A DNA stretch of 64,000 bases from Octopus vulgaris. Its lineage: Eukaryota. The position numbers and the translations under genes were made by a program. Below are positions 25,898 to 42,607 of this stretch, in pieces. The number at the start of each line of letters is the position of its first letter. Within the stretch, counting starts at the first letter, position 1. The notes beneath the pieces were generated by a model. That model was not told the origin of the DNA. It saw only the letters and a list, made by a program, of their open reading frames with translations, and made no database searches. The stretch is taken from positions 64,542,001-64,606,000 of the forward strand of contig OX597818.1 of NCBI GenBank assembly GCA_951406725.2, written 5' to 3'.

Positions 25898-28800
25898 CAA
25901 TCATACATACACAATCACACACACACAAACACACACACACATATATATATATATATACGTATGTATAAGTTAGAAAAAATTTCATCCGAGCAGCGGCCAA
26001 CGGTGGGGATTTTATTTTGCACGTATGAAATATAATGAATAATCATCTGATCAATTGTTTTGACTGCAAGTCCGCACCCTTTAAATGATTCGAAGGGACG
26101 CAAATATATCTTGTGCTTTTGATGACAGCCAGCTGTTAGGGCGGATTTTCGTTTCCCACTAATATTTATTGAGATTTTAATACAACCAAGTCAGGATAGA
26201 CGTTATCTCAGGACAAATACTGCAGCAACAGGCCTGTCGGAAGTGTTGGCTTTATTCTATCTATTGAGTACAAATGTTCAAAATTAAGAATCAATTATTA
26301 ACCATCATATAAAAATATATCCAGCATATAAGGAATATGTTGTAGCTTACTGTTTAAATACAAAACATCTTTCAATATTTACTGAATGAAAGTTATTTTT
26401 ATCGGCTAATGTATAAATTAAAGTCCAACAAATTTAGTCGAATATCATGAAATGACAGAATACTTTTTGGTTTAATCAAATAGAATGAAGGGACTTGTAC
26501 AGGTAGTAAGGAGATTAATTAAGACAAAACTTTTGTATGTGGCAAGAAACCCTAAATCTAAATGATTACCACTGAAATGCCTGGTATCATGCTTAAAATT
26601 GATAAAGTCATTATCTGTGAACATGGAGCGTATATTTGCTAATTCCAAATTCTTTTTACGGAGGAATGTGCAACATAAGATGTGTTGTAGATTAACAAAG
26701 TCATATCAGGATAAATATGAAGGAAGATGAGCTGGAAACAATGTCTTAATGAGTGTTACAAAGTGGTCTTACCGTAATCAGCTTATCAGGACTTAGGAAG
26801 ACTTCGATTTATATTAACGGGACAGTAAATAGAAATGTAAACTGTCATTACATAAGTACATTGACAATATTAGATATATCAAAATATAGACTTTGATTCT
26901 CAAAAAAAAAAAAACATCAATTTACCAGAGAACTACAGATGTGCTAACAGAGATGTACAGAATATATAGTGACATTCGATACATAAATAGAGTTTATATT
27001 CGAAATTACATTTTAAACATCCTTTGATGTGTTACCAAGCAGAAATACAATATTGTCACCAACATTTACTAATTTCTAGCATTGTTGAATGAATCATCTT
27101 TAAGTTAATAAATTCTTTGAACATACGAAATAAAAAAACAGAACATGATTTTAAAATATTAATGACTTGCTGCACGTCAAAACTAATAGTCTGCTAGAAT
27201 TGCTTTTTTAAAAATTGTACATTTACTCTGATATAAAAATAATTTCAAATAATGCACAAATCTTTTCAAATGTTTCGAAATACGTATTCTAAGAGAAGCT
27301 AATATAAAACGAAATCCAGAAAAAAAACGACATTAAAACTAAGAAAATAAACAAGATTTATACTCTTTGTTTCCTGTTTTAGGTTGAGTCGTTTACTCGG
27401 ATCAGATAGAAAAGTGTATGGAGTAGAATATAACTTCAGTGTAACTGCAATATTTTTCAAAATAAACGCATCTTAAACGGAAATTCCATTCAATTCTCTC
27501 ATAAACCACTTCTCCATCTGTATATTCATATACATATATACGTATACGCACACATTATATATATATTAGAGAGAAAGACAGACAGACAGACAGACAGAGA
27601 CAGACAGAGACGTACATAGATATTGTGTCATAATAGAAAACATAATTTTTTCTAAGTGCAGCTACCCAGGGTTTCATAGCCGAAACTTAAATTTATTTCA
27701 CAAATTTTCCGAAGCACAGAACTGGACCGTTCCTCAGTTACTTTTAGAGAAAATGACATTCGAACAGGATAAGATCATGAGTTAGGAAACAGGAAAAAGA
27801 ATAGTGGGAGCTGACCAATGTTACAACACAAATTTTACCTTATTCTTGTTTTCCCGAATGTTCCAAAACTTACTGTGGATGTTAAAACGTTTAATTTTTC
27901 TGTGATTCACAGACTATATCTACTGGCTGATCCCTTATATTTACTGGCAATGACTATAAAGCCCCAGGATATATTGGATCTGTCCTTGCTCAAGGATTTA
28001 GGATTCGATCCCTTTAACGGATAATTATTTTGCACGTCTTGTGTTCTTATCTGTAAATGACACAATGTGTTACGTGTAACTATACTCTACTTACTTTTAT
28101 ATATATACACGAAAAAATAATAGGCAAGTCCTGAAACCTCGTGAACACTTTAGATATATACGCATTTGTTTCAATAGGAGTGATAATCTTTTTTTAACAT
28201 ACGTGTAAAATACTTTTATCATATATATAATTTTGGCGCACCCACACACCCACAGACACACACACATATGTATATATATGAAAGTCAAATAAATAAAAAT
28301 ACTTTTTTCACATAACAAATGCGTCCTTATGTTATTTTCCTGAAAATGCATTAGTACAACTTTCCACAAGGAGAATGGTACACACACAACACTGCAAAAA
28401 AGGAGAGACAGAGATACCGAGAAAGAAAGAGAGACAGAGAGAGACAGAGTAAGAGAGAGAGAGAATTATACGTTACTTAGAGGCTTTGATATAGAAAAGT
28501 GGTTTCCGTATGAAAAAAGTTTTAGTAGATAAATTTTCGTGCATGTTGTATCCGAAACAGTTTTGCAGAGATATAAAAACAATTACCATTTACTCATTGG
28601 TTTCAAATCAATTATCTCCGTAATTTTTTTTTATATGATATTCATTGTTCCTAACTATTTCCCTTTAAGCCTTGATCCCATCTATTGGCTTTGTATCATA
28701 ACAGTCCCTATTCTTCGTTTTCTCAAATTTATTTTCCCTAAATTCCATTACCAAGGATTCGCATCAGTGGTTATGAGATTTTAAAATATGTAATCTGCAT

Positions 28801-29500
28801 TTTTCTCCACATTAATCCAATCAATTTAATTGTATTCGACTGCATTTCTATCGTTGCATTCAAGTAAATACAACTCTAACATTTTCAGTGAATTGTAATG
28901 CAGGCAGTTTGTCACAATATTCATAACCCATCATTTTTTGTCGAAAATATAAATTTCCATAATATTTGACGTTGCTGTGTACACCTAATATTTACGCCCT
29001 TCAAACCCACAAGATGTGTGCATTCGTGTTTGCATATGGACTTGACATCTAATGTTTCCAAAGATAATTCTTTATAAACCTGATTCAATTTTCTGCGTCA
29101 GTAATCCACAGCTTGAATTCATTAACAACAGCAAAGTAAGGTATCCACAATTTTCATTCCATCGGCGTTGTACTTCGGTTCTGCCTCAGTCGATATGACA
29201 TCTTATTTGTTCCCTTTTCTGATTACTTATATTTACATTTTCGTATTGTATTTGTTATCGTGTTGCCACATGTCTGTCCTCTTCGGATGTACCTATACTA
29301 ACAACAAATATACATAGGTGTATATATGTATACACAGTAAAACTTGGGTTTTCGAGCAAATCTGTTCATCTCCTGTCTGTCTCAGATACATTTAATACGG
29401 TGGTAACTAGGTTTACAAACGTCTCTGATCACGAATAAATCATGCTTTATATATATACATACATATATAAACACACGCACACATACACACACACACACAG

Positions 29501-29553
<53 letters not shown>

Positions 29554-29557
29554 AATA

Positions 29558-29605
<48 letters not shown>

Positions 29606-30550
29606 CTACGATTTATTGTCCGAAAACTGAGGTGCTACTGTATATATATATATGTGTGTGCGTTTGTGCGTGTGTATGTGTGTATAGAGACACACGTACA
29701 TCGTGTATATCTAAATATCTATATATACATGTTAAGCACTATCTTCTTTTATATTTTACCTTTTAACATTTACTGTTTCCGATCATTAGACTGCAGCCAT
29801 ACTGTTTCACCACCGCGAAAAGTTTAGTCGCACAAGTCAGCACAGTATTTATTTATTAATTCTGACATTTTCCTATAGGTCTCTTCCGTCGAAACATTAA
29901 GTTGAGTGGGCCTGAACGAAGCAATACTTAGTGTCAAGCGACAGTGTTTCAGAAACGCAGACACGCTCACATGCACGCTCACACATACATAGATATGTAG
30001 ATATTCCACTGGGATTTCTTTAGCAAAACACTAGATTAACTCACAAGGTTAGAAGCTATGTGCGCTTCAAGCTAACCCCACAGTCATGACTTCGGCTAAT
30101 ATCCCATATTAATTTATTTAAAGTACTCATTTTAAAGACGGCATGTATTACGTAAGAAAAACCTCAAAAACAGTAGATGTCCGTATATTTCCGCCAATAC
30201 GTTGGCAATAAACTCTAAGGTGGCGTACTATATTTTGCAGATATAGTCCACAGGGACTAGATCTGCTCCATTGTATCTTCAGATTGAGCAACAAGAATAT
30301 ATAGCCCTAATATCTCTTGTATAACAGGTATCAAAGTACGTGGTCGAAGGTCAGTATCGGAATATAAAATATCAGCAGCATCCTTTCGTTGAGACAACAC
30401 AAGAATTCCATTCTTGTTGCTTATTTCTTGTTTATAATCACCCCACATTATTTTATGGTTAATACCATAAAGATTTCTGGTGCATCGAAGTTAAGTACCG
30501 CCTTCATGTGAATTCATTGGAACTCACTTGAATCTTAATTGCTTTTACTG

Positions 30551-30592
<42 letters not shown>

Positions 30593-30725
30593 TAGGGAAT
30601 AATATCACACTCGTGAACTGAGGCTTAGTGGTTAGACTTCTGTTTTTATTGTCCCGTGATTATCTCACATTGTATGATTACGTGTGTTTCACTCTTTGCT
30701 GATGCCCTGTTCCTGATATGCATTT

Positions 30726-30773
<48 letters not shown>

Positions 30774-33109
30774 TATATATATCACTTAGAACTGTTTAAA
30801 GTAAAAGAAATTTTCAACTAAAAGTAGGTTTCCATTAAAAGAAATTTTAAAGGAAATCTGTTAAATTCATTCTTAATCGTACAAAATTGCTACGACTTCT
30901 GTGAATCTGCTGTAGACTAACAAATATAACGAGGAAAGTATCCAAAGAACCGCAGAACAATTCGTGTTGCTCTAAGCGATATATCATGCAACAAATCTCG
31001 TTTTGTCACGCAATTCCTATCTTATTCCCTGAATTTCACTGTAATATGGTGCTTTAATATCTAGCGTTAGTTCTAGATGCAACGGTATTAAAGAATGTTG
31101 GAATAGAGTTGGATGGGTGATACTTAGATTCTAATTCTGAAAGTAACGGATTCTACACAATTAAACATACAAATAGATGTATAGTTACATATTATATTGT
31201 TGATATTCGAGTGTGGATGCGTGATTGCATGTGTGTATTTATCGCGGTGTGTGGGTACGTTTGTCTTCTTTCGGTCAGAGTTGATCTTATATCTACACCT
31301 CTACACATATTTTATTTACAAGTTACGAGTAATATATGGGAAACGTAGCCTTATTCAATACTACAAATTCCTTCTCTCCACACCAGGACATCTCAGTCTA
31401 ACGGCCGATACGAGAAGATAACTGGAAGATACAAAGCACAGCGCCCTCTTGGATGCTCTGAAATTGCCATTAATTCATTGTTCTGGTTTGTTACTTTGAA
31501 TCCACGGAAAAAAAATTGTCGTAAAATAGATCTCGACGAAATTTGGATTGGCAGTGCAGAGATTTGAAACAAATACATAAACATTTAAACCAAAGCTCTG
31601 ACGATTTAACCAATAAGCCATCTCACCTAAATGACGTATGAGTGATCGATGTGGCCTAGAGATCTTTTTAAACTGAATGGAGCCTATATGACTGAAACCA
31701 TTGTATAAGACGCGATCATTACTAATAACACCTCCTGTACCAAGAGTTACACGAGATTTATGGACGGAAAATATGAGGAAGATTCCTCATATTTTCTTAA
31801 CTCTTCCTTTAGGAATTGGAACACACGAACCACCACCAAATTCGCAATGCATGAAATTTAGACAGAAAAGCTACAAAAACACAATTAACTGCAAAATTCT
31901 GTATTCTAAGCTAACAGCAGTAAAATGTGCAAGACTAGGAACTCAGAAAGGCGATTTATCCTGAAGAATGGATTGATCCTAGTATCTGTTTTAATACCAA
32001 AGAGAAACTTTCGGCAACTGTCAGCAAGCCACCGAGTACATTCTAATATTTTTGATCTCCTTCACCACACAAGTAACGAGAGCAGCTATGAAATTTTATC
32101 GTATTTTATATATGTTTAATGTTCGATATATATTGTATTATTATATTTAAATGGTTTAACTTCGGCAATTTTACTTAAACGTTTTCTACCGTTACTTTTC
32201 TTTAGGAAGTAATTATGTCTTTTTCATAGTGAAGTTTATTGACCCATATGCAATCAACCACAATTGTGTGTGCATGCGCATGTGCAGAATTTAGATGTGG
32301 ACGTGTGTGAAACAATCTGTACGCCTATAGACATATAATATTATTTTTATATCCGCACATTTTCCGTCTATATAATTATTTCATATTTTTGTATAATCCA
32401 CTTTTCTTATAAACCTATGGATTATCACTGATCACCATCCACTTATTTGCATTCGCATATTTAGGTCCATACCTCACATATTTCTTAAAGTTTATAACGT
32501 TTTATGTACTTTTTGCTTTAGAACATATAATTTTATATACCCTCACAACGATATGCTTAATTTTTATTTTTAATCTGGTGAATTTAACACTTAAAACTTT
32601 TTATTGCTATAGTTTCAAATTCTACCTTTATACTTCAGCTAATAGAATTTTCCAATTTATATCTTTGAATTTTTTTTTTCATTTCATTACTTCTTTCAAT
32701 TTTTTAACCATTCGTTCTTCTAAATCATTCATGCATAATTTTTTAATCTTTTGATATTTTATTTAAAATTAAGCTAGTGTGATTGCAGAAACCTTAACAT
32801 ACCGAGCACAAAATTAAGCGGCATTTTGTCTTTCCTTACAGACTGTTTTCAAATTCCGCAGTGATCAACTTTGCGCTTCATCACTACGAGGTCAATAACA
32901 CAAGTAGCAGTTAAACCCCCGGCGTCCATATAATGCACTTCCGCCCTAGCCAAAAATTACAGACCTTCGACAAGCATTTGAAAATAATATTATATTCGAC
33001 ATTAAATTTTTGACGTTCTTATAATATAATTCCAAGTTTAACTTAAAATTTAGTCTCAAATATTTTTCATTGTAATATTGTTATCCTTATTTTTATGTTT
33101 CTCTTTTAT

Positions 33110-33550
33110 TCCGTTACTTCTTTCAGTAATGTAAATGCGGCCATGCTGCAGCACGATTATTTTAGTCAAAAACATTGACCCTCAGCTCTTTTTCTTTGTA
33201 AGCTTGACACTTCTTACATCGGTTTCAATGGCGAAACCGCTAAGTTACAGGGACGTAAACACACCAGTATCACAAGACAAGCGATGGTTGGGGTACAAAG
33301 ACAGACACAAAGACACACACATAAATACACACACACAAAGACACAAAGACACAAAGACACACACACACACACACATATGCCATTATAGATCGCTAGGCAC
33401 TAAATCTTTTTCTCTCTATTCATTATTTCTATGATCCTTTCTGTTGAAGAACGTAGGCCCGAAACGCAAAAGCCTTTTTGAGTTCCCGAGCGTTAAACTA
33501 ATATACATCTTTGTTGTTAACACACCCGTCTTCGTTTTTTTCCTAAATTC

Positions 33551-33589
<39 letters not shown>

Positions 33590-34203
33590 GACAAACACAC
33601 ACTCACACACACACACATACACACACACATATATATATATATATACACACACATATACATATATACGACGGGCTTCTTTCAGTTTCCGTCGACCAGATGC
33701 ACTCACAAGTCTTTGGTCGGCCCGAGGCTATAGCAGAGGAGACTAGCCTAAGGTGAAATGCAGTGGCATTGAATGCGGAATCATATGGTTGCGGAGCAAG
33801 CTTCTTACCACACGTCTACCTACACCTCTTTACTCTTTTACTATTTTCCTTATTTCAGTCATTTGACTGCGGCCATGCTGGAGCACCGCATTTATTTGAG
33901 GATTTATTCTTTGTAAGCCTAGTACTTATTTTATCGATCTCTTTTACCGAACCACTAAGTTACGGGAACGCAAACCACCAGCATCGGTTGTCAAGCGATG
34001 TTGGGATGGGGGTACAGGCAAACAAATACAAATATATATATACATATACAAATATACGACGGGATTCTTTCAGTTTCCGTCTACCAAATCCACCCACAAG
34101 GCATTGGTCGGCCCGAGGCTATCGTAGAAGACACTTACCCAAGGTGCTACGCAGTAAGTCTGAACCAGGAGCTATGTGGTTGGCAAGCAAGCTACTTACC
34201 ACA
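33110..34203 (-). mobile_element. Two adjacent SINE family C copies; the first carries an unrelated insert at ~33379-33555
   Basis: Family C tail and head motifs at ~33110-33310, ~33660-33812 and ~33840-34203. Confidence 0.8.
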
Positions 34204-34769
34204 TTTAATTCTTCAATATATGATTTTTTTTTAATTAACCCTTAATGCTTAAATCGAGCCTGTAAAAAATAATTTATTTTAAAATCATTTTTAGTGTTTC
34301 AATTGACATGTTTATTTCTTCGATCCCATTATAGTGCCTCTTTGCACTTTTTGAAAGAATATATTTAATTGTGTTCTAATAATAACCATACTCTATCGCA
34401 TAAAATTCTCCTTTTTCGCTAAAATCTCATAATCAAGTCTAAAAATGTTCCGCGACAGTAGATTGACATTCGAGTACGCCTCAGGCTGAAACTTAAATTG
34501 TCTGCCGTATTTCACGTACATTAAACATGCATTAAGTCTTGCAATAGAATATATCTCTATATGTGTGTGTGTATGTATTTGTATGTGTGTAAACGCAAGT
34601 GTGTGCGTGCGCACATGTGAATGTGTATGTGCGCGCGTGTATATATATATTTCAATAGAGGTCATAAAAGTGAATGGAGGGTGCTCCTTTAATTAACCAC
34701 TAGGTTCTAATTGCTAATACGCCGCCACAAATTCAATTAGTTATATACATACATACTGAAATGTATACT

Positions 34770-35330
<561 letters not shown>

Positions 35331-35380
35331 TTTTTTTTTCTAGTTTCAGCTCAGAGCTGCGGCCATGCTAATAGACCACC

Positions 35381-35424
<44 letters not shown>

Positions 35425-35594
35425 TCTCTTTTTTTACTTGTTTCAGTCATTTGACTGTGACCATGCTGGAGCACCGCCTCTAGTCGAGCAAATCAACCCC
35501 AGGACTTATTCTTTGGAAGCCTAGAACTTATTCTATCGATCTCTTTTGCCGAACCGCTAAGTTACGGGGACGTAAACACACCAGCACAGACACA

Positions 35595-35631
<37 letters not shown>

Positions 35632-35815
35632 ATATATATATATATACATATATACGACGAGCTTCTTTCAGTTTCCGTCTACCAAATCCACTCACAAGGC
35701 TTTGGTCGGCCCGAGGCTATAGTAAATGACACTCTCCCAAGATGCCACGCAGTGGGACTGAACCCGGGACCATGTGGTTGGTAAGCAAGCTACTTACCAC
35801 ACAGCTGCTCCTACG
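35425..35815 (-). mobile_element. SINE family C copy
   Basis: Reverse complement of 16342-16740 with an internal (CA)n/(TA)n. Confidence 0.88.
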
Positions 35816-36210
35816 TCTATATATATATGTATTTGACTATATAAATACAAAGGTAAATATTATTAAATGATTTATACCAGTGATTAACATTTCATCATAA
35901 ACGTGAGAAGACATAAAAGTTTTTAGATATAAGAGCGTATGAAATGAACACGGAGAGAAATCCATCATGTGGATTTCTTTCATGCTAAAAATGGCAGTGA
36001 AAGGCCAAATCCACGTAAAAGCATTCTTTTATTAAATCCCATAAGCACATTGTTTGTTCGCGGGCAAGACATTTGATTGAATAAAAGGTTTAGTTAACCG
36101 TAATGCTTTGTCGTGGTTTGGAGATTTGACATCCATTTTTAGCATGCAACATATCCACATAGTCGTTTTCTCTCCTTTTTTACTTCATACAATATTGTGT
36201 GTGTGTAAAA

Positions 36211-36295
<85 letters not shown>

Positions 36296-37310
36296 CACAC
36301 ACACAAATATATATATAAATAGTAATATATGTATTTTTATAGTGACAGGCAGAAAGTGAGAAGGGAGAGAGGGGAACGAAAGAGAGGGATGGAGAGAGAT
36401 AAGGAGAGAGCAATTTGTATCATTTAATTACCTCATATTAGTTGCAGGATAGATATTCATGACGGTAGAACAATATCATGCAAAATTACAGGAATAGAAA
36501 CTCTGCTGGCCACAGGCATATATCTGACGCATCAAATTTTATGTCGAAGAGTTTATGAATATATTATATATTTCCATTATATTAATTACTACTGTATTTG
36601 AAGGAATTTGCTAAGTGAGTATCCCTCTACATGTTCGTTGAGAGTGGTGTTGTTTAAGCCCGTGATATCTCACTTGAACTAAAGAAAATAAAATCGTTTA
36701 ACGAAGACAAGAATTCCATTAGGGTCCACGATAGGATATTCTACCGCAGAAACCATCGACAGCGCTTGAGGATTTCATAGAAACAAAACAATGTTAAGTC
36801 TAAATAAATTAATGGCAAATATATGGGTCGAGAGAGCATTAAAACAGCCATCGCCCAGGAACAAAGATCTATGTAGTGTTAGTAGAAAAAAAAAATGGGA
36901 CGAACGCAGTCTGTAACTGTGAACGAACTTGCAGGATGTCTCTAACTTTATGCCAATCAATCTGGGATCCATTTTTTTATGTTGGCGAGAATGTGTTTGT
37001 ACAACTTCAGTCCTGTCAGCCACTTTCTATTGTGAGCCGCATACGAGTTTTCTAATGACGGTAATAATGGCTGCCTCTGCACGTAACGAGAAGCAGCACT
37101 CCTTGCTATGCTAATATGGCGATGTTCAAGATATGTATATTATCAGGTGACACATCATTCGAAATGCATCGTGAATATATGCAAATTTGGATTTAAATGC
37201 AAACGTATCAATAGTTATATAAGTTTTATGAGGAAACCAACAAAAATGTAATGAAAAATACAAATACAAACCTACATGAATATCTGGTGATTGAGATTCT
37301 GATGGAAATA

Positions 37311-37354
<44 letters not shown>

Positions 37355-37359
37355 CACAC

Positions 37360-37538
<179 letters not shown>

Positions 37539-38658
37539 AACTAAAGTGCTGGAAAGCATTAATATTGAATATATTACGAATATAGGAACCATGACTCAAA
37601 CTGTGAATATTTAAATGTGGGCTAAGCAACAAAACCCAACTCCTGCTATAGTCGACTGTCACGAAGTGCCCTCTAGTGACAAAAGAAATTGAATGAAAAT
37701 TTACTAATCTTAGATATTGCACTTTTCATATTGTAATCTGTTGAATCGTGTGGAAAGAAATATAATTTCTTTTTCCAGGTGTACATATAACAATATATAC
37801 ACACATGGTTATGTACAAAATCACGTGAATATAGAACTATGCATGCATGGTTTGTATGAATATGTATGAATGCGTATGTTTACTTGCTTGTGTGTATGCT
37901 TGCATGTATGTGTGTGTTTTGTGTGAGTAAGTGTGAGTTCATACGCATATGCGCACATCAATCTGTTTGTGTGGCTTCTTGTCAATTGTGCTTTCTTCGT
38001 TGATGTATACACACGCACACACACACATATATCTCTGTATCTTTCCCCCTCCCCCTCTCTCTATGTGTGTCTAAGTGTGCTGTGTCTCCCTCCGTGTGTG
38101 TGTGTGTGTGTAGTAAAGGTATTTAAAATTTTTGAATTTATAGATTTACATCTGGCCTTTATGAAGTAGTTTGGCTAGAGAAGGGTTTCACAACTTTTTA
38201 AATAAATACACGCACACATATTTACATGTATAAAGACACATACAAACATACGCACAGATTTATACACATACATACGCACACAAGCACACATAAACAGAGA
38301 GTTATATAAAGAGATAGACAGATAGATAATATATACGTATATATACAGCTATGTGTGCATATACACTGCACATGTTCAGTGAGAAACATTTGACTGATAC
38401 ACCAGTTCATCAGTCTGGAATTTAATATTGAGACATACACAGCCATCCAGCCATATATATGTATATATATAAATATATACATACATATATATATATATAT
38501 ACATATATAGTTATCCGTAATAATGAAGGGTGAAATTAATTAATTTGGAATAATTATCAATTACACCAAGTAGTCTTCGGCATGTAAAAGCCTCATTCGA
38601 GGAAAATTTAAGTAATACTAGAATGTGGTAAGGCAATTCGTTGCTAAACCCTTTATTG

Positions 38659-38764
<106 letters not shown>

Positions 38765-38959
38765 GTATGTATATATGTATGTATGTATACAGTTCTCGTT
38801 ATGCTAAGAAACAATACTTGGTTACAAGAATTTGTAACTCCAGTCAAATATGACAAACTTCTCCAAATCTTAGCGAAACTGCAAAAGTGATGTCTGGACC
38901 AGCTTGAATTTCATATTTATTGGGTCTTGACCTACAAGTACAGAGAGAAAGAGGTAGAC

Positions 38960-39000
<41 letters not shown>

Positions 39001-40789
39001 GAGAGACTGACAGACAGAGACAGTGGAAGGTGTGAGGCATAGAGACAGAGAGCAAGAGAGAAACGTTATCCATAAACAATGTATTTCACTCTCTGATGAC
39101 TCTGGTAAGCAGTATTCTTTTTTTCAGCTTTCTGTTTATGTGTATGTGTTTCTGTATCGTCTTTGGTGTTTGCTGGACGTTTCCTTCATGTCTGTGAAAA
39201 AGAGAGATAAAGAGTGGCAGGAGGAGAAAATGTATTTACTTCGGGAGAGAGAATATCTCCTAAGTCTTCTGTTTCCTCTCTTGTTTGAAAAAGAAGAAAA
39301 CGAAATGGCCTTCATGCTATTGCATAAGCTGTTTTTATCATTATTTGAATATCTGTATTTGGACCCATTTCAGCTTTATGAAAACTCTTTTGCGTAGATC
39401 AGTTAAAGATTATAAAGATTATTTTATTTTTACTTAGATTTTGAGATTAGTCCTTCTAAAGTCATTTACATTTTCTTGTTTTGTTTTTCAAGAAAGGAAT
39501 GATTGAGAGCGACAAAGTAAGAAATATGTTGTACGTGGTTCTTACGTAGTTCTTATGTATGTCAAAAAGTGCCTTTCGTACTTCTTTCACTCCATATATT
39601 TTTTGTCCAGTGTATTCACCCTGCGTTACGGCTCCTGTGTAACAACATGTGTATGTTTGCATTACAGGCTAACACAGGCCCTATCGTTCTCTGGAATAGG
39701 TGCGAATTCTGGACATTCTGGTTTTGTTTTTTTCTTCAATTCATCCATGAAGGTGAATTTGGGTTAGTACCCTTGTATTTTTCATCTGACCTTGGCAAAG
39801 TGTTTCAGTGGATGGGAGCTAGAACTCAGCCACCGATTTGAATCAACGTGTTTGTTATTTTCTTGATTTTACTATCATAGCAGTGAGACTAAAAGGCAGA
39901 CAGATAGACTGACAGAGACAGAGAGGAAGAGAGAGAAGAATAACCCATGTACTTCAAGGGAGAAAAATAATTTCTAATATTCTTTTTGTCATAGTCTTTA
40001 ATTTCGGGAGTTTTTCTTTTCTCTCGGTGGAAGGAAAAGAAAATGAATGAGCATACACATTGTTTTCATAAAGTTATTTATCATCACTAGAATACCAGTG
40101 TATGGTCACATTTCATCTTTATTAAGCCTCGTTACCACGGATCAATTCAGTTTCTTTTCCGTATTAGCTTTATTTTCGTTTGTCTTCATTTTTTAGTTTT
40201 AATAGTATAATAGTTTTAATAGTATTTCTAAATTACTACATTTCCAACTATTTTCATTGTGGTTAATCTAAATTGGATTCAAAGTCACCTTCCTCATTCT
40301 CTTCAGTTTTAACTCATTTCGTATGGGTGAATAAATTTTCTATGTAGCGAGGTATTACCTTAGATACTCACCAATATAACGAGTTTTAGATTTATTCCCA
40401 GTGAGATAAACTAAATAATCTTAATCTTTGTTTTGTTTCTTCCATGATGTTGTTCTGAGATCCTACTCTAATACCCTAATCAATATAAAGCTTTCCCCCT
40501 TAAACAAAGCCGTAAAATGTCATTTTACTTGAGTCTCTTGTTTATCTCCTAGTGTTGTCTCTCTACTTCTCATTGTCTTTCTCTCTCTGTCACGTTTTCT
40601 CTGATACTTTTTAGGTTTTCTACTTCTAGATAACTTAGAATTAAGTATCTTTATAATGAGACAAATCAAATTAATATATTTTAGATTCAACATTAAATTG
40701 ACACAGGTAGACGTAATACTGTTAAAGTTACAATGTGATACAGAAATCACGAGTTAAAAGTGGAAACTCACTGGTAGAAAATGTTTCAT

Positions 40790-41720
40790 ATGTTTTGTAG
40801 ATGTGCATGATGATCACAGGTCTCCATTAGAAATACAAATTTGGACTAAGGGGAAATTCAACGGATTCCTTAGATCAATGGTTCAAATCAATGATTCAAA
40901 TTCATTTCAAAAGAGCAAACTCATCAACAGTTTTTATATTTCATTTAAGCCGTTTTCACGGATTAAATTTCACGACCGAAAATAAAAACAAGATGTAACT
41001 GCACAGATTAAGTCATAAATAATTGTTCTACAGATTCCGAACAAGTCCCAGAAGACAAAGCTGGTGCTTCGTTTGATCAATTTAAATGGAATGGTCGCAA
41101 ATAATAATATCGGTGCAACATCGGACTTAAATGGGACAATGTTGCTGAATAAAACAATAGAACTAACATTAAGTTTGCTGCTAAGCACAAAACAACCAAC
41201 GATTTAGCAGAGGTCTGAATCTTCTGGGTTACTGCTTCAAGCTGTATTCAAAGCAAAATGTCAAACAGTTGTTGGAACTGTATTCAATCCAGCGCCACTC
41301 AACAACTATGACTGACTCGGCGAAATAGATGAGCCACTGGGACAGGCTGAAAGAACTGAAGATCTACACCTTAGAGTGAAGGTTTGGAAGATATGAAGTG
41401 ATATTGGGTAGATCCTGAATGGTCTTGCTCCTAAACTGAAACTGAAAGTTACACCAGCCATCCGAAATGGAAAGCGCTGCATAGTACTAAAAACCCCATC
41501 TTCTTCATCTCGAATAGGGACCCAGTAATGTAATAGCTTGTGGTTGAAGGGTCCATAACTCTTCAACATTCTGCCAAATAACCTCAGAGACTTACGAGGT
41601 ATAGTATCCGAAGCCATCAAAAATCTGGAGAAATCTTTTTTCTGATAAACCATATGAAACCACATTCACGAAGGAGGCACACAGAAGAGCAGTTCCGGTC
41701 AAATCTGTGTGAACTAAACC
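40790..41720 (+). mobile_element. Very old CR1/L2-group LINE RT fragment
   Basis: 41220-41660 translates in broken frames to LLGYCFKLYS..NVKQLLELYSIQR...MSHWDRLKELKIYTLE...[14 protein letters not shown], homologous to 56620-57127. The part upstream of 41200 resembles RT only weakly. Confidence 0.65.
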
Positions 41721-41837
41721 CCCATACTTTGTATATATGTGTATGTTTGTATGTATGTATGTATGTGTATGTATGTATATTTGTACGTATATGTATATAT
41801 ATACACACAAACTGACACATTTGTATATATATATATT

Positions 41838-41911
<74 letters not shown>

Positions 41912-42607
41912 TATATACGGTTCGGTTACAGATGCTGTCGGTAGCACGAAAGTTCTTAATAGCAAGACAATTGTTAAAGTTTCACTTTAGCTTGGGATCT
42001 TCCGTAAAATTGATGGAGAGTTTAACGTCAACTATTTTACATATTGCGTAAAACTAACAAGGTGAATAGCATACTGCATAATGTTAATTACGCTATTATG
42101 TAATCATTTCGGTATCTTATAGATACACGTGTATGCTCTATACATCAGTTCTCTGCTTATTATTCTTTGTTGACACACAGACGCACAGGTATATCTTTAT
42201 TGCATATATACACAATACACACACACACAATACACGCACACACACACACATACAGGCATATAAACTGAGGTGCATATGTCGAAACACGCAAATATTGTTA
42301 TCTACATATGTATAATTTTCATAATATTTCCCAGAAATATTCTGCATCCCTTCCTTATTCTCAATGGTATGTATAACAATTTGTCGTCCTCACCTGACAC
42401 CAACCTTCGTATGTGCACGTTCCCTCCAAAATATATGCTATCTCTCTCTTTTTGTCTATATGTCTGCCTCTGTCTGACTGTCTGTCTCTCTCTCTCTGTA
42501 TATCCCGTTTTACTCTCATTCTCTCCCATCCCCTTCGGTAAGATATAAAGGGTGACAACCAACCAACTAACCAAACAAACTACATTTGTGTCGGATGATG
42601 TTACATA

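Noticed and set aside
27875-28050. Minus-strand exon candidate with AG and GTAAGT boundaries
   Set aside because: All three frames contain stops and there is no recognisable product.
38565-38605. Minus-strand CGAATGA-GGC..GCC-GAAG as a hammerhead
   Set aside because: Three core deviations and no stem I or III.
41034-41103. Apparent terminal exon ending FKWNGRK* (amidated neuropeptide-like)
   Set aside because: Lies collinear within a decayed LINE RT remnant, around the expected ADD..WA..NNM region; likely coincidental.
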